Positions 24,299 to 37,131 of a stretch of 64,000 nucleotides of DNA are shown here, one piece after another (position 1 is the first letter of the stretch; every line of letters begins with the position of its first letter). The notes beneath the pieces are model-generated. The model made no database searches. It was given only the letters and a program-made list of their open reading frames with translations, and was not told where the DNA came from. The stretch comes from Octopus sinensis. Lineage: Eukaryota. The stretch is from the NCBI RefSeq assembly GCF_006345805.1, contig NC_043000.1, forward strand, positions 15,314,001 to 15,378,000, read 5' to 3'. A program made the position numbers and the translations under genes.

Positions 24299-24671
24299 AG
24301 GAGTGGCTGTGTGATAAGTAGCTTGCTTATCAACCACATGGTTCCGGGTTTAGTCCCACTGCGTGTCACCTTGGGCAAGTGTCTTCCACTATAGCCTCGG
24401 GCCGACCAAAGCCTTGTGAGTGGATTTGATAAACGGAAACTGAAAGAAGCTCATCGTGTGTGTGTGTGTGTGTGTGTGTGTGTCTGTCCCCCCAACATCG
24501 CTTGACAACAGATGCTGGTGTGTTTACGTCCCCGTAACTTAGTGGTTTGGTAAAAGAGACCAATAGAATAAGTACTACGCTTCAGGCTTCCAAAAAATAA
24601 GTCAATTTGCTCAACTAAAGGCAGTGCTCCAGCATGGCCACAGTCAAATGACTGAAACATGTAAAAGAGTA
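24299..24671 (+). mobile_element. Family A SINE
   Basis: Full head-to-tail match to 19081-19500. Confidence 0.85.
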
Positions 24672-24944
24672 AGTCCCCATTCAGGATCAGAAACTACTGC
24701 AGCTTTAAACAATTGATATTTAACAAAATACAAATTAATCCCGTCATGAACAGTGCACATAATCCAACACAACAGCTTCCCTTTCAACCTACTAAACATA
24801 CCACTTGCTATATCACCGATTAAACCTTGACCCATTCTATGTGCTTTATCCTTTACACCTACTGTAGCTGTCGTATGAACTACAGATTCAGTAGACATTT
24901 CGAGTAATATTCATAACATTCAGGAGATATACCCAAGTGATCTT

Positions 24945-25544
24945 TTTATCTTTTACTTGTTTTAGTGATCCATGCCGGACACTGCCTTGAAGAATTTTTA
25001 GTCAAATGAATCGACCTCAGTACATTTTTTTTTAAGCCTGGTACTTATTCTATTGTTCTCTTTTGCCAAACCTCTAAGTTACAGAGACATAAATATACCA
25101 GTACCAGTTGTGGGGGAAAAACACACACACACACACACACATATATATTTCTTTACTACCCACAAGGGGCTAAACAAAGAGGGGACAAACAAGGACATAC
25201 AAAGGGATTAAGTCGATTATATCGTTCCTAGTGCGTAACTGGTACTTAATTTATCGACCCCGAAAGGATGAAGGGCAAAGTCGACCTTGGTGGAATTTGA
25301 ACTCAGAATGTAATGGCAGACGAAATGCAGCTACGTATTTCACCCAGCTTGCTGCCTTATATATATAACACATTATATATGACAAGTTTCTTTCAGTTTC
25401 TGACTACCATATCCACTCACAAGGCTTTGGTCAGCCTGAGGATATAGTAGAAGACACTTGCCTATAGTGCCATGCAGTAGGACTGAACCCAGAATGATGT
25501 GTTTGGGGAGCAAGCTTCTTACCACACAACCATGCCTACGCCTA
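24945..25544 (-). mobile_element. Older family A SINE with nested family C SINE (25146-25358)
   Basis: A tail 24945-25125, C copy, A head 25380-25544. Confidence 0.75.
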
Positions 25545-25947
25545 TGATGTATACATTTTCATAACATATGAGGTTTACAATTATATGGCATGTACACATA
25601 TATAATCATTACATTATATAGCTACCTTTTGACATTCCCTCACAAAAGAAGTATTTCAGTTATTTTAAAAATACACTTAATTTTGACCTTTCATAAGATC
25701 CCAGGCTAGTCAAGTACCTTCTCCATTGATGGCTATAATCTTTGATAAATTTAATTTAAAGCCCTTCAACTACAAGTTTTGTTTTCATAGCTGGAATTTC
25801 TTCTCCAAATCTACAAATTTTGTTCTAAGAACTAAATCAACATACAGGAGTTTCCTCAGCACAACCAGTCTTACACTTACCTGTTGTGATTTCGAAGACA
25901 TTCAAAATGAAAATTGAAAAAAAAAACAACAACTTTGCAACACTTAC

Positions 25948-26124
25948 CTTTGAAATCTACTTCTCCATTCCCATCTGTGTCAAATATATCTATTACTCTT
26001 TGAACTAAAGGATTCTGTTGTAACTCTGGAAGAGACATAAATTCATCGATACTCAATGAACCAGAGTTATCCAAATCCAACTTCCGAAATCTTTTCCCCA
26101 ATCTTTTGATTTCATCAGCATCAA
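25948..26124 (-). CDS. PPP3R1: Calcineurin B coding exon 3 (177 bp; EF-hands 1-2: [58 protein letters not shown])
   Basis: Acceptor ttttccag at 26125-26132 and donor gtaagt at 25942-25947. Translation is near-identical to calcineurin B; overlaps ORF 25877..26101. Confidence 0.98.
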
Positions 26125-26821
26125 CTGGAAAATAGATAAAATTAACAAAATAAGCATTAATTGAAGTAATAAGTGCTCATGATTGCACATTCAATACAGT
26201 AGTAGAAATTAAAAAATAAAAAGCAGTCATAAATGACTGCTTGGTACTTCTAGTGTTAAGTCTTCATTAAAGCAAAACTATTCAGATACAATGAATAAAC
26301 CTTCTAAATAGTTTTCCTTCTGCACTTTTAGACGTGTTCCTTTAGTCTACTATAACGTCTAGTTGTAACTAAATGAGGCTGAAATGATACATGGCATTCA
26401 AGAGCTTACCAGAACTAGAGCTGTGTCTATACTTACACAAATACATGCACACACACACAATGGAAATCAACTTGGAGCTGAGTGTGACCACAGACACAGA
26501 CAACAGCAGCAATAGAGGACATAGCTGTATAAATGGCCTGAGAACTGTGACTGCTCCTACTTACACAACATCTGCCATGTGCCCTCAAGAGGGAGAAAAC
26601 AAATCCAATGATATTTTTTTTGTCACACGATACCCTGACTGTTGCAATGACACCAAGCAGATTTGAGTGGTTCTTGAATGTTTCCAGTGCATGAAATCTA
26701 TTATGGGGAGTGAAGTGTGCACAGAGTTACATTTACTTGTCAGAAAGAATAACAACATTGGTTAGGACCACCAGGAACTCAGTGATCCTCAAGCTTTACA
26801 TCAGTATTCTTCTAATGTATA

Positions 26822-26942
26822 TGTAACAGGATCTGGAATCGGTATCACTGAAGGGGTGTCCGATCCGATCTCGTCACAAATTCAATGTGACGGGATCGGA
26901 TCGGACACCCCTTCAGTGATACCGATTCCAGATCCTGTTACA
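26822..26942. repeat. Near-perfect inverted repeat (57-bp arms, 1 mismatch, 7-nt loop)
   Basis: Arms 26822-26878 and 26886-26942. Confidence 0.95.
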
Positions 26943-27289
26943 ATTCAATTTAGTTAGATATAACAGATGAAGTCAGGTTATCTGGGAAAGACAGCAAATG
27001 TTGTTTATTACTCGTGATGGTGTACGTATTTCTGAGGGGAAACGACAGCCGAATCTTTGTACTGCTTCTTGTTGGTTGATTGAAGTGATTCGATGTGGTC
27101 CGTTGCTAAGCCGGTGTAGAGTTCTCAGAGACTACCAAATGCACGTCTGTTCACGAAGGCTGAAAGGGCCAGAGAGAGTGAGTGGATGGACTGTGTTTTA
27201 GGGTCAGTTTCCCGCACATGCGCATGGGGAAGACTTCCGGTGGCCACCCGGAAGTAGTCCCATTCTGCGCATGCGTGCTGAACCTTACA
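26886..27289 (-). mobile_element. Possible solo LTR (TGTAAGG...CGTCACA on minus)
   Basis: TG...CA ends, CpG-rich, AATAAA on minus at 27004-27009, promoter-like motifs near its 5' end; no clear TSD. Confidence 0.4.
27214..27278. promoter_or_regulatory. Dyad-symmetric NRF1-ETS-ETS-NRF1 motif cluster
   Basis: gcacATGCGCATg...ACTTCCGG tggccac CCGGAAGT...TGCGCATGCGtgc; motif match only. Confidence 0.5.
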
Positions 27290-27809
27290 CAGCAGCATCA
27301 CTACATATGCATATGTGTGCCTGTGTGTGAATGTGTGTGTGTGTACGTGCATGCATATGCTTGTGTGCATGTACACGAGTGTGTGTGTGCATGTATATGT
27401 ATGCATGCATGTGCACATGCGTATGTGTATGTATGTGCATGTATGTATGTCTGTGCGTGTGTACATGCGTGTGTGTGTACATGCGTGTGTGTGTGTGTAT
27501 GCATGCGTGTGTATATGTGCACACATGCATGTACAGATATATATATATCATCATTATTTAGGTCCACATTCAATGCCAGCATGGGTTGGATGATTTGACA
27601 GGACCTAACAGGTGAGAGGAATGCTTCAAGCTCCAAAGTCTTTAGACATGTCACGCTGCCATCCTTTCCAAGCAACCTTCCTTACCAATTTAGTTTGGTG
27701 GGTGTGGCAGTTTAGTTGCTATTGACCCAGCCATATAACAACTAATACATAATAGATTACATGTTGCCAGTAGCACTCAGAGCAACATATACACCTAACT
27801 ACACACACA

Positions 27810-28475
27810 GGATGTGTGTGCATGTGTGTGGACAGGTAATGTCAGTGTGCATGTATGACAGAGAGTAAATGATTTAAGAGAAAATCAGGGTACAAGAAGC
27901 ATCAGATGTAGTCTACAACAAAAGACTGCATTAGTATGGTCATGCGATGCATAGGAATGTGGACAGCTGCATAAAAAAAGGCTGAGCTCTAATTGTGGAG
28001 GGAACTTGGTGAAAAGGATAGACCCAGAAGACGTGGGATGATGTGGTGGCAAAGAATCTTCAGGTGTTGAAACTCAATGAGAAGATGAGAAGGGACCTAG
28101 AATCTTGGAGATTTGCTGTGCTTGAGAAACACATCCAGCTAAGTAAAATCAAGCAACAGTGCAGCTGCCACATGGGAAAGCACCCATGTAGTGTCATGTG
28201 AAAGAGATCTGTGCCGGCACCACATATGGAAGCATTCGTGCCAACATCATGTAAGAAGGCACCTGTGCCAGCACCATACAGAAAAGTACCCACACCTGTG
28301 CCATGTTAAATAGCACCCAATACATTCTGTAAAGTTGTTGGTATAAGGAAGGGCATCCAGCTGCTGAAACCATGCCAAAACAGATGACTGGAGCCTATTG
28401 CAGCCTTCCAGCTTACCAGCTCCTGTCAAACTGTTCAACCCATGCCAGCATGGAAAACACATTAAATGATGTTGA
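27810..28475 (+). mobile_element. RTE-clade LINE 3' fragment: decayed ORF C-terminus continuing into the family B tail
   Basis: Frames give NVSVHV..DLRE..LH*YGHAMHR..DSCIKK..LIVEGT..KTWDDVV..WRFAVLEK, then GCACC modules and the aggaagggcatccagc...catgccagcatggaaa tail. Confidence 0.75.
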
Positions 28476-28506
28476 CAATATATATATATATATATGTATA
28501 TATAAA

Positions 28507-28673
28507 GGGAAAGTTTACGAAAATAAACAAAAGACGAAGGCAGGTGGTGCGCAAACAAATGTATTAGTATAGCGCTCAGGAATAGAAAAAGTCTTTTACG
28601 TTTCGAGCTGACGCTCTTCTACAGAAAGGTACACAGAAAAAACAAGGAGAGAAAAAAAATGTGTGTAGTAGCT
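28507..28673 (-). mobile_element. Family E element with variant hammerhead motif
   Basis: Reverse complement of 3402-3587; motif at about 28591-28629 with loop II GTCA; TA-flanked. Confidence 0.7.
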
Positions 28674-28783
28674 ATATATATATATAATTGACATAAACAT
28701 AAGGGAATACAGTTATATTTATAAAGGGGAGAAAATATATACTGTACACATTACATTGTGTAGAGAGAGAGTGTGTGTGTGTG

Positions 28784-28814
<31 letters not shown>

Positions 28815-30074
28815 TTATTACGTGCATGAGTCATCTAAGTCAGGGAAAAGATGTACTCGTATATTAGTAAAATTAGGGCATGAAGTAGCAAATCAAACAC
28901 TGAAAGGATGACTACAAAGGTTGTTTCTCAAAGATGCTGGCATGTTGTCTTAGTTTGAACTTCATTGCAAGTTTAACTATCTTAACAATGATTGTTAGTT
29001 ACAAGTTTGTTGTGAGCCTGATGTCTTGAAATTTAGAACCTAAAACTGTGTTGGTACCTTCTTTTAAAACAAATTAAAAATTTTGTTGAAAGAGACTTCA
29101 ATGAGTTGATTAAACTGCCATCTTGAAGCATTTTAATTTGATTCAGAGAAGCTAGCTTCCATTTATAGCTTAAGTGGATAAAAATCTCTACAGAAAGTGG
29201 TTAGTGCCAGGAAGGGCATCCAACTGAAATTATGTCAAAGCAGACAGAGCTTGGTGCAGTTCTCTGGCTTGTCAGTTCCTGTTGAACTATCTAATCTATG
29301 CCAGCAAGAAAAAGTGACATTAAAAAACAATGTCAAATTGGTTGAACTACTATCTAGAAGCATTTTCATTCAATTTGGAGAAGAAAGTTCCGGTTTATAG
29401 CTCAAGTAGATAAACATCCCCATTACAAACTTCAATGTCCTTTTGAAAAGAACTCTCCTCTTTTGTAAGTGTTCTTATCCGATATTAACTGTCAATTTTT
29501 CAAACTGGTTCTTTTGTTTGGTCTTAGACATCTCCACTTCCTAGTTATGGGGGCTGAGGTGTCCCATATTGGACAACAACTAAAACAAAGTCAAATTTAA
29601 TTAACGAACTGTTTAACTCTGGATTTGTTATGATAGAACAGACCTATGGTCAAAGGCATTCCAGCCATGACAATCCCGCCTTGCCTGGTCTTGTCTTCAG
29701 GCAGTGTAAATTCAAGACTATGAACTTTCTTTTTCAAGATGGTATGATATGTGAGTTGGAGGGAGATTTGGCTGCTATTTCTAGCAAGTCAAGCAGCCAT
29801 ATGTTTTTCAACTTATCAATGACATGATACTCAGAAAAGTTACCATGACACATATTGGTCCTTAGGTACCTTATCTTTTTACTTGTTTCAGTCATTAGAC
29901 TGTGACCATGCTGGGGCACCACCTTTGAAGAATTTTTAGTCAAATGAATCAACCTCAGCACTTATTTTTTTAAGCCTGGTACCAATTCTATCAGTCTCTT
30001 CTGCCAGACCACTAATTCACAGGCATGTAAACAACACCAGTTGTATAGCAGTGGTGGGAGACAAACAGAGACAC

Positions 30075-30112
<38 letters not shown>

Positions 30113-30115
<3 letters not shown>

Positions 30116-30614
30116 ACATCATCGTTTAATGTCCGCTTTCCATGCTAGCATGGGTTGGATGATTTGACTGAGGTCTGGTGAACCAGATGGCTGCACCAGG
30201 CTCTAACCTGATCTGGCAGAGTTTCTATAGCTGGATACCCTTCCTAACGCCAACCACTCCAAGAGTGTAGTGGGTGCTTTTACTTGCCACCGGCACGAGT
30301 GCCAGTCAGGCGGTACTGGCAACAGCCACGCTCAAATGGTGCTTTTTATGTGCCACCTGCATAGGAGCCAGTCCAGTGGCACTGGCAATGACCTCACTCG
30401 AATGTTTTTTCATGTGCCACCAGCACAAGTGCCAGTAAGGCAACGCAGGTAACGATTACACTCAGATGGTACATTTTATGTGCCACTGGCATGGAAGCCA
30501 GTTTGTTGCTCTGGCAATGATCACGCTCGGATGGTACTCTTAGCGCTCCACTAGCACAGATGCCAGTCATCGAATTTGATTTCGATTTCAATTTCACTTG
30601 CCTTAACAGGTCTT
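30113..30614 (-). mobile_element. Family B long copy nested in a family A SINE (29870-30770)
   Basis: Family A tail lies to the left and family A head to the right of the insertion. Confidence 0.8.
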
Positions 30615-30784
30615 ACATGATGGGCGTCTTTCAGTTTCCATCTACCAAATCAACTCACAAGGCTTTTGTCAGCTCAAGACTATAATAGCTTGTTCAAGGT
30701 TCCATGCAGTAGGACTGAACCCAGAACCATGTGATTGGGAAGCAAGCTTCTTACCACACAGTTATGCCTACATCTATAGTGGAA

Positions 30785-31060
30785 TAATACAATAAAATAA
30801 AAGCGAAATTATTTTAGTGCTCAGGTGCACTACAACTCAGCAGAAAAAGTAGCCAAAATTACATGAACAGTATCTAAGCATTTGAGCCCATTCTCCAGTG
30901 AGTGTATTAATGTGTTGCTACCTACCACTCCCAACCAGTCTGAAAAAGCCATAGGTACATGCCTTTCTTGTGACTATTAAAGAGAATTTTCTCACTGTAA
31001 CACCTCTCATAGACATACTATACTTAATTAAAGGTATAATCACACTCACACACCCACCAG
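30785..31060 (-). mobile_element. Old CR1-like 3' remnant
   Basis: Shares the tail gagttgtagtgcacctgagcact with the two CR1 copies; the rest is highly decayed. Confidence 0.35.
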
Positions 31061-31434
31061 AAATTATACTAGTCAAACACCATGTTAGTTACATTTACTC
31101 AAATGTTTTCATGCCTGACATATGATCAAAATTAAAAGAAGTTCTACTGATTAAAAACACTGACCAACATCTAAAATACTTCATTAGCAATTGAATAAGT
31201 TCAGACTAAACAGCTTTTAGTGGACAGTTCCCTGTGAGAGAAATGCTTGTTGCATTATCTTCATGAAGGTAAAACTTCAGTATTATCACAATGCTAGTGT
31301 TACAACATACAGTAACTTAAGCAGTGATTTATTTAACCTAAATATTTTCCCTTTTGTTGACAAATCCACCTAACTAAACACACAAGAAATAACAAACTAA
31401 AAATTTTTTATTTTTAAATTTCTAACAGAAAGCA

Positions 31435-31597
31435 TATATATATGTGTATATATACATGTGTATATATATTATATATATGTATATATATTATACATCTGTA
31501 CATACGTGTGTATATATATTATATATATTATATATATTATACATGTGTACATACGTGTGTATATATATTATATATATGTATATATATTATCATGTGT

Positions 31598-31628
<31 letters not shown>

Positions 31629-31633
31629 TATTA

Positions 31634-31665
<32 letters not shown>

Positions 31666-31740
31666 GTATATATGTATGTATATATAATATATATATATAT
31701 TATATATGTATGTATATAATATATATATATATATATTATA

Positions 31741-31781
<41 letters not shown>

Positions 31782-31962
31782 GTAGTATATATATATAATA
31801 TATATATATATATATTATATATGTATGTATATATATATATATATATTATATATGTATGTATATATATATAGATATATATATATTATATATGTATGTATAT
31901 ATATATATATTATATATTATATATGTATGTCTATATATATATATATATATTATATATGTATG

Positions 31963-31994
<32 letters not shown>

Positions 31995-32379
31995 GTATAT
32001 ATATATATATATATATAGTATATATATATATAGTGTATATATATATATATATATTATATATGTGTATATTATATATATATATTATATATGTGTATATATA
32101 TATATATTATATATGTGTATATATATATATATATTATATATGTGTATATATATATATATTATATATGTGTATATATATTTACATTATATATGTGTATAAT
32201 ATATATATATATTATATATGTGTATATATATATATCAGATTAATCAGCCGAAATTGCTAAGATGATCTGGTTCTTGACTGATGACTGAGGGCTTCGAATG
32301 TCCCGTCCTGTGGTTCTTGTGTCGTCTCTGTGGTGTTTCATGTTCTTGTCCATGTCTGTAATTATTTTTACTGTTTACC

Positions 32380-32410
<31 letters not shown>

Positions 32411-33545
32411 AGTATGTATATATATATATATAATTATATATGTATGTTATATATATATATATTATATGTATGTATATTATATATATATTATATATGTATG
32501 TTATATATATATATATTATATATGTATGTATATATATATATATTATATATTATGTATATATATATATATGTATGTATATATATATATATTATATATATAT
32601 ATATATTATATATGGTATATATATTATATATATATATAATATATTATATATGTAGTATATATATATATAGTGTATATATATATATATATATGTGTATATA
32701 TATATATATATTATATATGTGTATATTATATATATTATTATATATGTGTATATATATATATATTATATATGTGTATATATATATATATTATATATGTGTA
32801 TATATATTAATATTTATATATGTGTTATATATATATATTATATATGTGTATATATATATATATTATATATGTGTATATATAATATATATATTATATATGT
32901 GTGTATATATATATATATATATTATATGTGTATATATATATATATTATATATGTTATATATATATATATAATTATATATGTGTATATATATATATATATA
33001 TATTATATATGTGATATATATATATATATGTATATATATATTATATATGTAATATATATTATATATTATATTATATATGTGTATATATATTATATGTATA
33101 TTATATATATATATGGTGTATATATATATATATATATAATTATATATGTGTATATATATGTGTGTATATATATATATATATATCATATATGTGCATATAT
33201 ATATTATATATTATATATGTGTATATTATATATATATTATATATGTGTATATATATATATATATTATATATGTGTATATATATATATATATTATATATGT
33301 GTATATATATATATATATTATATATGTATATATTATATATATATATATATTATATATGTGTATATATATATATATATATTATATATGTGTATATATAATA
33401 TATATATTATATATGTGCATATATATATTATATGTATGTATATATATATTATATATGGTGTATATATATATATGTATATATTATATATATATATTATATG
33501 TGTATATATAATATATATATATATATATATATTATTATGTGTATA

Positions 33546-33595
<50 letters not shown>

Positions 33596-33627
33596 GTGTA
33601 TCTATATATATATATATATATATATAT

Positions 33628-33673
<46 letters not shown>

Positions 33674-33701
33674 ATATATATGTGTGTATATATATATATA
33701 G

Positions 33702-33733
<32 letters not shown>

Positions 33734-33810
33734 GGTATATATATTATATATGTATGTATATATATATATGTGTATATAATATATATGTGGTGTGTGTATA
33801 TATATAAGTG
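31435..33810. repeat. About 2.4-kb TA-based satellite (tatatatattatatatgtg-like units) with a unique island at about 32236-32380
   Basis: Direct reading. Confidence 0.95.
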
Positions 33811-34724
33811 TAAGGAGTGGTAAAGTTTGGTGACTGTCAATCAGCAAAAGTATCATACAGTGAGTCAGGTTATTTTCAGTGTTACTGATATCATATATAA
33901 TCCAGTACAACCTGTTACAGGACTGGGCCATCAGTTTAACCAGCTCACCTACCTGACTAGTTTGGTGCTAGAAACACCCAACAGGGCAAAAACAAAACTC
34001 AGCCAAAAGAACAGCTGAAGCCAGGTGAAGATTCAACGACTTTGTAGTAAAGTGTGCAGGGACATAGGAATACTTAGGATGGTGAATGAGCACCCTGCAA
34101 AATCACTTTGTAAGTGATTGTCCCTAGATCTTTGTCAGAATTTGTGTCAGGCAGGTACATAAGTCTCATTAGCCATAGTTGGGTGACTCACCTGCACAGT
34201 TCTATTACCTTGTGGATGAACACAGGTAGATGAAGACTGAGACAGTAAATTTCAAAGAAAAAAAAAAAAAACAAGGTTTAAAAGAGTGTCTAACAGAGTG
34301 GAATTTTGGTCACCTCTCATAGTTGGGAGATGGCACCAGTCCTCTGGGTCACCTTTTTCAGAGCAAAAAATTGTGATACTGGAAGATGTGCAGCCCACCT
34401 CCCTGCTACTGTTAAGCTTTCTTGCACCATTATCTTGTACTGAATTGCAAAACAAAGGTCTTGGCTATCAGGGGGTTACCATTGTGGTGGTTAGAGTACC
34501 AAGCACATATGTGACAATGAAATACTGACACTTTAGTACTTCCTAACTTGTAAAGGCACATAGTAAGTGCAGTATTGATGACAGAAGTCGAGATTCCTTG
34601 GTTGCCTATGTGACTGCATTCTCCACACACATATATATCTCAATCATAATATTAACAAGATTATCACTGGCTGCAATGCACCATTTGGTCCAGAAATCAA
34701 ACCAATGATAGATATACATATATA

Positions 34725-35131
34725 TAGGCGTGAGAGTGGTTGTGTGGTAAGTAGCTTGCTTACCAACCACATGGTTCCGGCTTCAGCCCCACTGTGTGGC
34801 ACCTTGGGCAAGTTTCTTCTACTATAGCCTCGGGCCGACCAAAGCCTTGTGAGTGGATTTTGTAGACAGAAACTGAAAAAAGCCAGTCGTATATATGTAT
34901 ATATATGTATGTGTGTATATGCTTGTGTGTCTGTGTTTGTCCCCCCAACATCGCTTGACAACCGATGCTGGTGTGTTTACGTCCCCCTAACTTAGTGGTT
35001 CAGCAAAAGAGACCGATAGAATAAGTACTAGGCTTACAAAGAATAAGTCCTGGGGTCGATTTGCTCGACTAAAGGTGGTGCTCCAGCATGGCCACAGTCA
35101 AATGACTGAAACAAGTAAAAGAGCAAAGAGT
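34725..35131 (+). mobile_element. Family A SINE
   Basis: Full-length match. Confidence 0.85.
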
Positions 35132-35138
35132 ATAAAAG

Positions 35139-35420
35139 TCATCATTTAACGTCTGCTTTCCATGCTGGCATGAGTTAGACGGTTTGACTGGAATTGGTCA
35201 GCTGGAGGGCTGCACCAGTCTCCACTCTGATTTGGCATGGTTTCTATGGCTGGATGCCCTTCCTAATGTCAACCACTCAGAGTATAATGGATGCTTTTTA
35301 CGTGCCACTGGCATGGGTGCTATTTACATGACACCAGTAATGGCCATTACTATGATTCCATAGGTGCTATTTACATGACAGTGGCAACAACCAAAACAAC
35401 GATGTCATTTGGCTCAATGA
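35139..35420 (-). mobile_element. Family B copy
   Basis: catcatttaacgtctgctttccatgctggcatg tail and body. Confidence 0.75.
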
Positions 35421-36489
35421 CACACACACAAATAAATATACACTACATAAAGATATGAATTTTTCTCTCAAATTAACTTCTATGTATTTCCATACCTACT
35501 GAGAGTAAGCCCATCATAGGCAATACATCTGAAGTTTATTCATTAACAATTTCATAGGTTAAAGTATTTATTTCATAGCATCCAACATATTTGTTGTTAA
35601 TTGCATCTTGCTACGTTGGACAGATTCCATTTTTATGTTGATTCTATATTGTGTGTTCATGTGTATAACATATGTACAAAATGGAAAGAAAGATCAAAAT
35701 AACAATAAACCAACAAATAGAGGAAATTCCATATAGATATTTGTATTGAGTAATAAGTTGGTTAATGCAGTATGAATGCTGCAAGAGATGCTGGCAATAC
35801 TAGGCAATTGTTGAGCTTAGATGATGATGGCAGCTAAACAGAAGCTGAATCAATTCTGAAAGAGGATAAGAACAATGGCGCCAATTTACCTTCATGAGGA
35901 AGTGTTTCTGTGAAAATCAATAGAAATCATACAAGTGATACATTAAACAGAGAAGCTGAGATATAGCCTGATATTACAGCTTGCTACATATTATTATCAT
36001 TAGCATCATCATCATCAGCATATAATATATGAATTAAATTTGTATTCTAAGGCAAGATAGATATATTCTGTATAGCATTTTTTTAAAAATGAAATTAACT
36101 TTTGATGAGAATTGTATTCTGTTTCAGAATTCTTGCTGCTTCTTTTCCATCAGCACAGTAATCTTACTGGAAATTAAAACAGAATGAGATTAGTAGAAGT
36201 CTCCATTTAATGATATTTCAAAATTGAAATATTGCAGACATTTGCACATCTATGTCAGCTAATGTGGAAAATGTCAGCTAATGTGGAAAACAAAATGGCC
36301 TCAAATTTAAACAGAAAAATAACTTGTGTATTCAAATGATATTCATAGTCAAAGTTATTAACAGATCAACACTCAAAGCTTCCCATGCAAACTTTAGATG
36401 GACCTATTAACACAACAATATATTTCCATGACCTATTGAGTCAAGTACATCAACATCAAAATAAAAAGCAAATGGAAATTGTAGATGTG

Positions 36490-36718
36490 ATACTCGTGCT
36501 GGTGGCACGTAAAAAGCACAATCCGAACGTGGCTGATGCCAGCCTCCCCTGGCCCCGGTGCTGGTGGCACATAAAAAGCACCCACTACACTCAGGGAATG
36601 GTTGGTGTTAGGAAGGGCATCCAGCTGTAGAAATACTGCCAGATCAGACTGGAGCCCAGACCCCAGTTGAACCGTCCAACCCATGCTAGCATGGAAAACA
36701 GACGTTAAACGATGATGA
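36490..36718 (+). mobile_element. Family B copy
   Basis: Two modules plus conserved tail. Confidence 0.8.
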
Positions 36719-37083
36719 AGCTATCTATTGAATCACTTCTTCAGCAATGTCTAATGTTTTAAGCTTTGTTTTAATAGGCATGTCTCATCTCTTCCACAAT
36801 CTTATTGTTGTTCTTTCTAATATCACTCACTAATACTTTAGTTTTAGCCATGCTCCTCACAAGTTTTTGTCTAGAAACTCTTCTTGCAATTCTCAAACTT
36901 CTAACCATCATGAACTGACGCTACAATAAAAAAGTAAGGCTGTGCTTATGAAGAAGTTACTATATGAACCCAGTTCTATAATCTAGAGCTGATTTGGAGT
37001 ACCTGATTCATGGATTTTCTTATTCTACCCTTGGATTATGTTACCTTTAAATTCCTTTGGAGTATGTTGTTTCTGCACCCTGG

Positions 37084-37131
<48 letters not shown>

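Noticed and set aside
32236-32310. Type II hammerhead (cagccGAAA...CTGATGA) in the satellite island
   Set aside because: Stem I cannot form and stem II needs two extra bases before GAAA.
32692-33807. 371-aa ORF and the many other Y/I/V/C/T/H-rich ORFs (6.8-7.8 kb, 11.8-12.3 kb, 27.1-27.6 kb, 31.4-33.9 kb)
   Set aside because: Translations of TA/TG/CA microsatellites, which lack stop codons in several frames.
34030-34620. GC-richer unique segment with several short ORFs
   Set aside because: No recognisable motifs or splice-consistent frame on either strand.
36780-37010. RTE RT fragment (MAKTKVLVS-like on minus)
   Set aside because: A single short motif with no collinear support.
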